Below are positions 52,085 through 64,000 of a DNA stretch of 64,000 nt, piece by piece (the first letter of the stretch is position 1; each line of letters starts with the position of its first letter). The notes beneath the pieces are model-generated. The model searched no databases. It saw nothing but the letters and a program-made list of their open reading frames with translations, and was not told the DNA's origin. The stretch comes from Lingula anatina (taxonomy: Eukaryota; Animalia; Brachiopoda), in contig CM120646.1 of NCBI GenBank assembly GCA_051362555.1, forward strand, positions 19,220,001 through 19,284,000, in the 5' to 3' direction. Both the position numbers and the translations under genes were made by a program.

Positions 52085-55000
52085 TAGTCCATGAGCCAAA
52101 GGCCAAAAAATCCAATTTGGCTGCACCCCCCGTCAGGCAAAGGTTTTATGATTGATTCTTGTAGTTTAGAACCTGAATTTTTCATTTCTGCTTGTTTCCG
52201 GCTTGAAAAAGTGTCCGTTTGTACCGGAAACAGGCCAAATCCAAGATGGCCGCCAGTAAATTCATGTGTCAACTGTAAATACAAAAATTGATTTAAAAGT
52301 TACTTAACAACTTAATATTATCAAAATTTGCACTGATCACAAGTACTTTTGCCTTCTTTGATTTTTCAGGCACTTTACATTTTTCAAGATGGCGACTGAA
52401 TCCAAGATGGCGGCCATTTTCCTTACTTTTTGTGAAAAAATACAAATACCTAAATTTGAATTTTTTTTTATTAACCAAAAATTAGGAATATTTTACATGT
52501 TTTGATGTATTTGAATAAGTTGAAGTCTATATTTTTAATTTTTACCAGTTAATTTATCACAAAATTGTACATTTGAACACAGATGGCTCTAATCCAAGAT
52601 GGCCACCACATAAAATGGGCTTTTTGTTTTGATATGTCAACAAGCCTTTCTCAGTATAAAACATCTCAGACTACTTAATGGAGGATTCATTGCACAGGTC
52701 ATGGTATGAAATGTATGACTGAATAATTTAAATTGTTTTGAGATTTTGTTCAGGGTATAAAAATCCAAAATGGCCGCCAATTTCTGAATTCAAAACATAC
52801 ATTATTTTGATTTGCATGTTAAAAAACATTAATTGAATAATAAGTAAATTAAAAATATTTATTTTTTGATAAATTTATCTGTATTGAAATTTCATTTTGC
52901 TTCTTAGACACTTTATTCAGCCAAAAAGTGGTTAATTTTTCTTCATTTATCATGATTCCAAGTTTGCCATTGATAAAAATGAACTGCACGCTACCCGTAT
53001 GGACAATTCCATATGTTATGAGCCTTACGTAAAAGGCTATTTCTGAGCTTTAATGTTGAAGTATGGAATGGAATATATAACTGAATGATTCAAAATGCTT
53101 TTAGGCTTGTAGTTTAGGGTTGAAAAGTCCAAAATGGCCGTCAATTTCTGGATTCAAAACAAACGACATTTTGATTTGCATGTTGAAAAACATCAAATTG
53201 AATAATTAGCAAATTAAAGATATTTATTTTTTGAAAAATTAATCTGTATTGCAATCTCATTTTGCTTCTTGGACACTTCATTCTGTCAAAAAGTGATTAT
53301 TTTTGCTTCATTTATCATGATTCCAAGTTGGCCATTGTTGAAAATGAACTGCAACTACCTGTGTGGACAATACCACGTTGACAGCCTTACTAAATTGCGT
53401 ACACAATATTTCTGTACTTTTTTGAACTTATTTTTAAATTACTTTTTATCCTAAATAACTTTTTCTTTGAATTATTTCAAAGAAACTTTCTCAGATTTTT
53501 ACATTGCAATTAATATTCAAGATGGCTGCTGTTACGTACATTAAATATGCTTACTTATCTGATTCATTACTAATAATATATATATAGAGAGAAATTAAAG
53601 AAACATTATTTTAAAACCACTGTGACGTATATCTTTAATGTATCTTTAACATCCAGGCCTTTCGTGCTACTTTGACCATTCATATTTCCTTAAATTCATC
53701 ATATTTTACTTGATTGCCATAAATCAATGATGGCTACAAATGAAAAAGAGTTGATTATATCGAGTTGATTATGAACGAAAGCTTTATGTCTTTCTAGATT
53801 TCAAATTGAATGTCTTTTTCATGCAATCATTCATCTACAGTATTGTTTAATTCAGTTCAAACTTTTGGAAGGCTACAGAATTGAACAAATGATCCCTTCT
53901 GATTTTTTGCCCATAAATTCTCTGTACGTAATGAGAAAAAATCAAACTGCATTGAAAATGAATACAGAAGGCGTAATGTACGTTTTTGATAAAACTCAGT
54001 TAAACTGTATATATTGCAGACTCCTTTTTCCTATTTTGGTATGATTTCGAAGCTTTCTCTATTTAAAATATTTCAAATGTTTCAAATTTGACAGGATATC
54101 CAAGATGGCAACCATACTACTATTAACTGTGAATTCTTACCATAAGCCATTCATGTAAATAAAAAAGTGAAAATAATCGAAATCAAATGTTAATTCTAAA
54201 AAGTTATACATTTAATTAATTTGATTGAATTCCAGTCTCCTTTTGCTAGTAAGTAATGGCCAAAAACATCAATAAAGCCAAGATGGGGTGCTACTGCAAA
54301 TGATTTTCAAATAATGGGGCTGGGACAATCATTACGTCAAATATTTCTTGAATACATAATTTTAAAAAGTTAAGACTTTATTAAGAAGTTTAATTTTTTT
54401 TATATTTTAAACCAGTTTCATGTCTACAATATTCAATATGGTCACCACTCAAGTTAAGGGTCTTATGCAGCAATGAATGTCTCAATTTGGTATCCATAGT
54501 CTTCTAGCGTCGGATTCTCTCATGGCTCATCTTTTCCATGTTTTATAAGCAAGTTCTGTTTTAGAACCTACAAGCAAGGGAGGTGTTACAGGGTTTATGT
54601 CAGTATTTCATGGTGATTTTGCTTCAAAGTCTGTTCATTTTGCTGTAGCGAGTTGTTGACCTCTTTTAGTCTTTCTTTGAGAGACAATTAGATTTATTCT
54701 ACTTTGCTCTAGATAATGTTTACTCCTTTGCCAGTGTGTCACTGTGTGGAATTAAACAGGCTGCTTTTGCAAGTTTCAGTCCTTAAGTCTCAACCGTGGT
54801 CTTCCTCTGAGATTGCTACCCAAAACCAATTGGTCAAATAGTACAGGTGACAGCTGTTTTGGGATTTTGCTATGCAACATTCATCTAGTTCACATGTCCA
54901 AGTCAACTTAGTCTTCTTTAGCACAGAAATGCCTGTTTAAAACTTCTGTAATAGTTACTCTGGCTTGCCTGATGATGCCAAAGGTTGTGTGCAAATTAAC

Positions 55001-56769
55001 ACCTTTGTTTTAAGAGAGTGAGCCTCTTTACGATCAACACCTAGCAGAATGTGAGAAATCGTATCCCTACTACTAGTAAGTCCCTTTTTTGACTGAGATC
55101 CTGGCTCTTTCGTCAAGCTTGACAGGGAACTTTCAACAAGCAATGTACCAGTAACCCAAGTCCATTTGAAATGTAACAATAGAAGTGCTATCATATGAAA
55201 ATTAAATTTTACAGCCCACCCCCCATATAACAAACTATTGATCCTTAAGTTGTAAATGATGTACGTCACTCTTGTTAGGGCATTTTGGGCATGCCTTTTG
55301 TCTGCAATATTGAAAATTGTCATTTTACTAACCTATATAGTTGCTGCTGAAAAAAATTGCTGTCCCTTGTGTGTTATGCATCAATTTCTGTTCAAGAAAA
55401 CGGCAAAGCATTTGAGATTCACTCAACCTTATTAAGCACAGGCATATATATATATGCATGTATAAAATTACGAGTCAACAGTGTGTTTTCATCCATGTTT
55501 ACCTAAAATTCATTTTTGTTGGTGGCCATCTTAGATTTTTTTGATGATTGGAGCTTAGATAATTACTTTTTGGAAAAATTAGATTCTAAACAGTAAAAGG
55601 ACACTGCAGTTTATCAAAATATAGTCTTTAATCATTTGCCCATCATTCAATTTGATGCTTTTCAACATGCAAATCAAAATGTCGTTTGTTTTGAATCCAG
55701 AAATTGACGGCCATTTTGGACTTTTCAACCCTAAACTACAAGCCTAAAAGCATTTTGAATCATTCAGTTATATATTCCATTCCATACTTCAACATTAAAG
55801 CTCAGAAATAGCCTTTTACGTAAGGCTCATAACATATGGTATTGTCCATACGGGTAGCGTGCAGTTCATTTTTATCAATGGCAAACTTGGAATCATGATA
55901 AATGAAGAAAAATTAACCACTTTTTGACAGAATAAAGTGTCCAAGAAGCAAAATGAGATTGCAATACAGATAAATTTATCTAAAAATAAATATTTTTAAT
56001 TTGCTAATTATTCAATTTGTTTTTTAACATGCAAATCAAAATAATGTATGTTTTGAATTCAGAAATTGGCGGCCATTTTGGATTTTTATACCCTGAACAA
56101 AATCTCAAAACAATTTAAATTATTCAGTCATACATTTCATACCATGACCTGTGCAATGAATCCTCCATTAAGTAGTCTGAGATGTTTTATACTGAGAAAG
56201 GCTTGTTGACATATCAAAACAAAAAGCCCATTTTATGTGGTGGCCATCTTGGATTAGAGCCATCTGTGTTCAAATGTACAATTTTGTGATAAATTAACTG
56301 GTAAAAATTAAAAATATAGACTTCAACTTATTCAAATACATAAAAACATGTAAAATATTCCTAATTTTTGGTTAATAAAAAAAAATCAAATTTAGGTATT
56401 TGTATTTTTTCACAAAAAGTAAGGAAAATGGCCGCCATCTTGGATTCAGTCGCCATCTTGAAAAATGTAAAGTGCCTGAAAAATCAAAGAAGGCAAAAGT
56501 ACTTGTGATCAGTGCAAATTTTGATAATATAAAGTTGTTAAGTAACTTTTAAATCAATTTTTGTATTTACAGTTGACACATGAATTTACTGGCGGCCATC
56601 TTGGATTTGGCCTGTTTCTGGTACAAACGGACACTTTTTCAAGCCGGAAACAAGTAGAAATGAAAAATTCAGGTTCTAAACTACAAGAATCAATCATAAA
56701 ACCTTTGCCTGACGGGGGGTGCAGCCAAATCCTTAAATAAGGCCTTTTTTCAATTTGGCTCATGGACTA
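52085..56769. mobile_element. 4.7-kb non-autonomous Academ-like DNA transposon with ~1.1-kb TIRs
   Basis: Termini TAGTCCATGAGCCAAA / TTTGGCTCATGGACTA; TGA duplicated at 52082-52084 and 56770-56772; TIRs about 52085-53203 and 55645-56769 are near-identical (mirrored ORFs 52091+ and 56554-). TAG..CTA ends, 3-bp TSD and long TIRs fit Academ. Confidence 0.8.
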
Positions 56770-59700
56770 TGAGCACACATCAGTTGGCAGTGTATAGGGG
56801 GATTAACATGGATTAAGTTGGGGATTATCCTTCACTTATCAGTATTGTACCCACACCTGTAATGGTCAGATAGCTTACTTCTTGGTCAAATATCTTCCAA
56901 TATCGGTCACTATTGACATACAGTGGTGAATTAAGAAAAAACTGGTGTTTGTAGCCTTATTTTCTTGTATTAATTCAAAATTGATTTTTTAAGCTATGTA
57001 AAAAGCAAAGGAAAATATTTAAGGATGGAATTATAGTTTATTTAGTTTCATTCCTGCAAATGATTAAATATTTTCTTAGCTATAACAGCACCAATATATA
57101 TTCACAATTCATCAATTTAATAATTATGTCTCAATAAAAAGATAAAATAAAACATAAGTTGAAGAATAAATAGCACTTTATCCAGTTCTGTGTTTTTAAA
57201 ATAGTGTTATTTTGATAACTGTATCAGCACCATTAATTAATTTAACAAAATGTAACACAAAATTACATTTCTTACATGGATTTGGACCCTGAAGAGGGTA
57301 AACTGCACATCCTTGAGCTGACCTTTTATAAACAAAACACCTTTTAGGCAACTTCTCCAGAAGGAAAACAACCAGTTGTTTATCTTATAATAGAACAAAC
57401 TTCAATTTGGAGACATGAAGGTGTTTGGATTCCTTTTCTCCAAGCAGGACTTGGGGGCACAGTCCAAATTAGAGTGATAGTGAGACATGAAAAAATTTTA
57501 CTTGTGAGACTCTTTTTTTTGTGAATAATTCAATGTTACCTCTGTTTTTCATGTAGATGAATATATTAAAATTAGAAGAAGTAGCAATTAAGATCATAAG
57601 TTTTAGATACTTTGATGAAAAAAAAAAAGGTAAAATGCTGTTTAGCAGTCCTTGTGTCATCGTGTATGTGACTTTTCCTCTAAACTTCTTAGAAAAAAAT
57701 CCCCCTCTAGATTTTTAAACCAGAATTCACTGGCTATTTGTGATCTTGCATTGTCAATCAAAGTTTGGAATCAAGAGATAAAGGAGAAAAGAATGGCAGA
57801 AGTTGTCCTCCCAATCTGGTCGACAGATTGTCCAGGCTGATCAGATGGCACGTCTGATTGATTCCAATCAGTGCGTCCATCTCTCCCCTGTCTCTCTGTC
57901 TAAGCTCCTAACTAAGTTTCCACCTTCTGTGAACCTTTTTATGTCTTAATCACCTGGCTTTTGCTCACCTGAGTTCAGGTAATATACAGAGCCCAGGGCC
58001 TGGTTATCTGTCCAACGAGGCCCTGCCAATGCACTATCAATGACAGGTGTTTTCTATCCATTCTCCTGGCAGGTCGTATATCTCAGCTTGATCAGGTGAG
58101 GGATAATGAACTGCCAGTGCCTTTGTACAGACACCACCTGTGCTGTTTGGAAAATTCTTCGATATAATCTTATTATTCCTTAATGTCTTAGTTCCATCAA
58201 GGTATATGTTAATTGGGGGTTGTCCAGGCTATAGTGGTATTGTATGGTGGTATTGTAGAGAGGTGTATAGAGAGAGGTAGAGAGCAGATGACGGGAGTTC
58301 GGTGGTCAGATGGTACTGGACAGGTGACCTGTCAACCAGAGGTGAAGATGTCTGGAGGTCTGGGGAGATGTCTGCTCAGATCAGGGTCATATCAGTTCAG
58401 TGACACTTTCTAAATTCATAGTCATCTATCTCTTGTGTTCCATTTTGGTTTTATTTATTTATTTTTAATTATATGATCATTGATAGTTATGTTATCAAAG
58501 AAGTAATAAACCAGTGCTAGTATGAGTGAGAAATGTTCTTGACTTCTTAAAGTTTTTTCAAAAAAACATTTGCTTGATTGATTCTCAATTTGGAAATTCA
58601 AATTATGTTTCCCAAGGAGATAGAGAAAAATTTATATAAAACAAAAAAAAAAAATCATCTTTAATAATAAAACCTGAAGTCATTCTTTGTCTTAATCCTT
58701 ATGTCCAATCAACCAATCAAAATAGTCAAAGCAGTGGGCCTTGCTGCACTTTAGGAACCCCCTAACTTCTCATTCATTCATTTAGTCATGTATTTTTCCC
58801 TACTCAGGTAGAGCTCAGGTAGTACAGTCAGAGATCACGGCCCTAATCTCCCAGGCACGTGCCATCCATCAAAATTACGCTTGAACAAAGACACTATCGC
58901 TGCTCAGCAAACCACAGATACTACCTCTAAATCACAGGTGAAGCAGGGTTAATTGATTACCTTGTTATCACACTTACCGTCTCGAGATAGTCGCGTGTAT
59001 GGCACACGAATGCCACTTAACAAAAGGCGATCACTCAGGTGGATAATGTGCCAGTCACAATACCTGAATGGCTAATAGAGGTAATTAAGTCTCTTCACTG
59101 GGTCATTTACTAAATGGCCTTCCTATGATCTTGGGAATCCTAGATATGATTTGTTATGAAGTGTCACGTAATGATCGCAGATTTTCTTAATGATGGGAAT
59201 GTGAGGAAAATTGCATAGATAGGAATTAAGGCTATAAAGGTAGCCCGAGGGTAGGAAAGTGCATTATTGCCAGGTTCTTTAGCCAGAATGAGAAGTGATT
59301 TATTGCAAAAGCTTGTGTAACATAGTTTTCAAGAATTCTGAATTAATAATTATTATAAGCACTGCTTTTTAAGCTAAAAGGTACTACATCAGCAAATTAT
59401 AAGATAAAACCAATTTCATGTGTAAAAAACAGCCCTTTGTGAAGAAAAAAAAAATTATAAATGAACCCCAATGTATAAATTGTCTGCAAAAATCAAGCCA
59501 GCAGTTGTAGAGTGTACCACAGAGATAGAAACCTCCCACACCTGACACCTAACTCTCATGACTCTACCAGGGATATCAACCTCGAACGCTGCTCATTTAC
59601 AGTGAGGCACACAGATAAGCGATGCGCTCGTGTCTCGCTTAAGATGGAGGTAGGGTAAGATCAATAGACTGTCTTAGCATGAATGGAAACACTGAGATAA

Positions 59701-60232
59701 CCAAGAAGGCCTGAATTGGAAAGTGAGATTTTTTCACCACAGGGAGAGTGTACTCTACCTGATACTGCCGTCTGTAGGGAGACCTGATAGAATAATCCTA
59801 GAGAATGGTATGAAAAGATAAAGGGGAAGGATTCTGCTGTATTGAAAGATATCCACTCCTACACAAGCAGACACGTGTATTGTGTTAGAGGAAAATTCTT
59901 GAAAAGCAAGTTGAATGAGAGAATTAGATTGAGAAAATTAGATAAGAGGAGGTGGGAAAGATGTAATGTAAGTCAGGGCAAGAAAAGCAAGACAAGCTTG
60001 TAGTTATTTAAAAACAGCTCACATAAGGAGAGGTTGAACCTGGGACTCATTGTTAATCAAGTCCTCTGCTCACCCCCCTCCCCAAATTCCCCTCCCCTGG
60101 ACTCGCCAACTGTTTCTAGGTAAATGATTGTTGATGAGCTTCCCCTTTTGCTCTCACCCCATTTGACTTATTTATCTTACATGTAGTTTCTACTGAATGT
60201 AGCACAATCTACTCCTTACTTTATTAACCCCT

Positions 60233-60233
<1 letters not shown>

Positions 60234-60289
<56 letters not shown>
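60234..60289. repeat. Compound (CA)n(GA)n microsatellite
   Basis: Seen directly. Confidence 0.95.
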
Positions 60290-60799
60290 TGTGCTAGGAT
60301 TAGAAAGTGTTCTGGGACTGTGTTCCACAGTGACCATATGACCGCGGTCAATATCCATTGTCTTGAGTGATTAGTGCAGACCACAGGGATTACCAGGCTT
60401 GAGGTGCACAGATGACAACTCCCCTTAATAGATTGCTTATTAAATCAATACATTAAGGACTCTGACCCAGTATAACATGTGTTCTCTGGCAGTGGGGCAC
60501 TTTATCTTTGAAGAATTTGTCTCTTTCTTTTTTTTTTCAGTGGATTGCATTTTTCTTGGGTGTGACTAGTATGGTGTTGGTGGTAAGGATCACATCTATT
60601 TTATGTGAACCTCTAGTTGTTTTGCTTGTAAGAATAGGAATATGCATAACATAAATGATGACTAAGGAAATGTGATTTGTTGTATAGTTTTGTTCAGTTA
60701 TGTGTATATCATATATGATTATCTCTATATGCCTCAAAGGTTTTGCACAAAAAAATTGATGTTTTAAAATTGCCAATTTAAAACTGGCTGTAATGCTGA

Positions 60800-60866
60800 G
60801 ATGGGTGAAAGTTTTCAGGATTATGCCCGATTTCAGGATTATCAGTTTTTACAACTTTTACCCATG
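60800..60866. mobile_element. Very small (~66 bp) MITE-like element
   Basis: ATGGGTGAAAGTT (60801-60813) inverted against AACTTTTACCCAT (60853-60865); internal TTTCAGGATTAT repeated twice. Confidence 0.55.
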
Positions 60867-61312
60867 TTTTAAATATACTTCTTTCAAAAGAAAAAGTAAA
60901 AAAAAAAAAGATTACCAAATATACTTTGCAGTTTTTGACCTTTTAGCCTCCCATTGAAAAACAAAGAAAAAAATGTTTGGCAAAGCAAAAAAAAAAAAAA
61001 AAAAACACCTTGAAAGACGTATCTGCAATAACCCCTGCAAACTATGCGACCATTTAACACTGCTAAATGTGCAGTTCCACACAATGTCCATTACCTTGAT
61101 GGGGCAATTTGTTGAACAGGGTGTTAATCAGAATCCAAGAATTCATTACAGTCCCAACTGCCATTAAGGTGCTCCTGCATGTGTCAAGGAACTCCCAGAA
61201 TGTTGGGATACCAGGAAAACGTGAACGGATCGGTGAATTCCAGCTGCTGCTTTCCTGGGATGTTTTGTATGATTTTTAAATTATCTTTGAACTAACGTTA
61301 AAATTTGGAGGG

Positions 61313-61343
<31 letters not shown>

Positions 61344-64000
61344 TATGAATACGTATTTTTGAACAACTTACGGCAGGAGTGTCATTTCCAGAATTAGAAA
61401 AAAAAATAGTGCACATTGACGTGAATTGACAGTGATTATAATACACAAGTCAGAGTTATATCACACGCATCACATTTAATTTGAATGATAATGTACATTT
61501 TTGGCAGTGATTGCTATTGCATAAGGATGATATCATAATTCTTCAACTGTTTATGATATCCCAATTCAAAAACATGAACTCCAAATCGATGCTGATCTAC
61601 CTATTTCCCCACAGTAAAGCTATTTCACAATTATGAAAAGTAGCAAAGTTTGTATCACGACCCAGAAAGCCTGGGGGAATATTGGAACTGTCTCTCTCTT
61701 AATGCACCGCGTTTCATCCGCGGCAGAGGACTAATGTAAGTAATTAAGTTTCCAATAGATGAGCAGGTGGATCAGCACGCCAGCGATGAAAAATTAGGCA
61801 CGAGATGAATGCATAATTACATAGGTAAATAACTTGATCAATTTTCCGATTGATATTTCCGTGAAAAGCCAATGGGAGATGAGGAGGTGGTTTGAATAAT
61901 TATCCCCGTATTCACCTATGGCTATGATTAAGATGGAGGCAGCTAGACACAAGGGAAGAGGATAGGTGTTTTTCCCACATCTGTATTGGAATCTAACGAT
62001 CTGTCATGGCGGAAAACACGCAAATGCTTTTGGTAAACAGTGGGATGAAGTGGGATCATGGATTAAATATGATTAAGTTTGCTCATTACCTGGAGTGGTG
62101 GGTGAAATCCCAGAGAATCTCCACCTGGTTCTACACGACCTCTTCACACACTTTTCTGCCGTAGTTTTCTCAACGGGACCATGCAGTCTTATGAATTATT
62201 GCTGTCTTCTTGGTTAAATCCTGCTCTCTGTTTCATTTAAAAATCTTCAAAGATAAAATGTTTAAAAAATATATGCATAGTATACAACATGTATTTTTCA
62301 AGAATGTTCAAGATTTTTCTTACTCTTTTAATTTCGTATTTAATTTTACCCCAATAGAGTGAAAGTGTGGAAGAGACGGGTTATTGTTTTTTCTAAAAGA
62401 GTGTCCTGTTTACACATATATTTTGTTTCTCATTTTGTATATTGCTATTTATCATTTAGGAGTTTTAAAATCTCTATGATTTTGTGTTATATTTGAAAAC
62501 ATATTAAAAAGTGTATTGAAGAGGTATTCACAGGTATTAGACAGTGCCCTTCGATCCAACTCCTCACAATTGGTGAATCAATGTTAAACAAGATTAATAA
62601 AATCTGGCAGCAAATGGGGGCTGCAAAAGCCGCATTGGGTATGCCGAAAAAATTATTTTTATCCCGCATGAAGACACCATTGCAAAGAGTGTTGGTGGAC
62701 CTCTTATGGAGATAAAGGATTACATTCAGCAAATGGTGAATCACCTTTTTCATTAAACAGCTTCTGCGAAAATCAGCTGAAGTGTTAAGCATGGGCTTCT
62801 GGGAATTTCCAAATGTCACCCGCGTGAATGTTCTGCTTCATTATCTATCTAGCAGGGTAATGACTTCGCACCATTTTTAGAGTCATTTTTATTACTTATA
62901 GAATATGATAATGTCCCTGTCATTGGAACAAAATTACTGCGAAGTTATGCTTTTGACTAAGTTTATATGCATACTAGTAGTTTTGCATTTTCTGTCTTTC
63001 TTTTACAGGCATGCATATACATGGATACACTTACATGCATGCTCACACACTGGTCGCTCACATTAAACAGCTGTCGAACACATCCACATGTAGGTGCAGG
63101 TTTCAATTTTGACAAAACCCTGTAAAACGAGGAGGTACTAGTAAGAGAATGATACCATCGTAATGAATATTAAGAACTGACCCAAACAAAGTTTAACAAA
63201 TTTAGCATTACACCTTGTTAAGTAGAAGCACACAGTGGGGGTGTACTTTTATATAAACCACAAAATACACAAACATCTGAATTTTATCATTAAAAGATCT
63301 GTCGAATAAGTACACTTTGAAGTTAATAATGCATCTAGGTCGAAAATGTAGGTATTTTAGTCTATAAATGTGACAAGGGTTCCCCTTTCTACTAGTTCTG
63401 CACTATGTGAAATGATGCAGACAACCACAAGCATTTGATGCGGTCTTGTTTCGAATCAAAATGGGTTCTCGTCAATCAAAATATGGCTTAATCTATATTA
63501 AAAAAAATGTTTGATGAAAAATAAGGTGGAAATGTCCAAGGTTAAAATTGGGATTATTACATGGAATAATATTTTTTTCACTACTTTACTTTTCATTTTG
63601 GTAATACAATTTTTATTTACTTACAATAAATAGGTTTAAAACAGTAGAATGAAGCTTTGCAGTACCCCCCCCCCCCCTTTCTTTTTTTCTTCCTCTTCCA
63701 TCAATTCCAATGAAATCCTGTCAGTAAAAAGATAACAAAACAGTCACACTTCTGTTGGATCAATTACAAACAAAAAAGTTTGTCTCGCTTTTTCCATGAA
63801 TTCCCCGTAGATTTTAGAAAATTAAATGGAAACTGCCAGTTCCTCGCTGATACGCAGATTTATTTTCATGCGACAAAACTGCATGTTATTTTGCGCCGTT
63901 CATTTATCATGCGCAGGTATTGATCTCCTGGGTGTAGGGCCCAGTGCTTATAGTGGGGTGATTTATGTGTCTGTCATTTCTGTGTGATAAACATGTGTCT

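Noticed and set aside
51931-56763. Paired similar ORFs (52091+, 56554-) that look like duplicated genes
   Set aside because: They are mirror translations of the transposon TIRs
60028-60080. Minus-strand GGTTCAA B-box-like stretch (tRNA or SINE head)
   Set aside because: No cloverleaf or clear A box; at most a very decayed SINE fragment

Overview
AT-rich, almost entirely non-coding eukaryotic (animal) DNA; the repeat content suggests a marine invertebrate such as a mollusc, which is an inference. None of the supplied ORFs looks like a complete gene. The key feature is missing from the ORF track: a 58-nt first coding exon at 27382-27439 (+), MAETARCGRRKQQNPRKKN+G|gtatga. It matches the N-terminal NuRD-interaction exon of ZEB1/ZEB2 (Zfh1 family) and ends at the same phase-1 intron position. 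It sits in a CpG-rich promoter (about 26.65-27.97 kb) where base skew reverses, suggesting a divergent minus-strand transcript over the left 27 kb and a ZEB intron of more than 36 kb on the right. That promoter and intron carry dense clusters of ZEB-type CAGGTG/CAGGTA boxes (candidate autoregulation), a probable phase-compatible alternative first exon (48855-48948) and a 4.7-kb Academ-like foldback transposon with ~1.1-kb TIRs and a TGA target duplication. The left half is crowded with hairpin MITEs (TAA/TTA, 5-bp and 6-bp TSD types), an RTE LINE 3' end and a Penelope GIY-YIG remnant. It also holds a palindromic element with two back-to-back minimal hammerhead ribozyme motifs between (TA)n tracts. 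Coordinates were counted by hand and family assignments are by motif recognition only.
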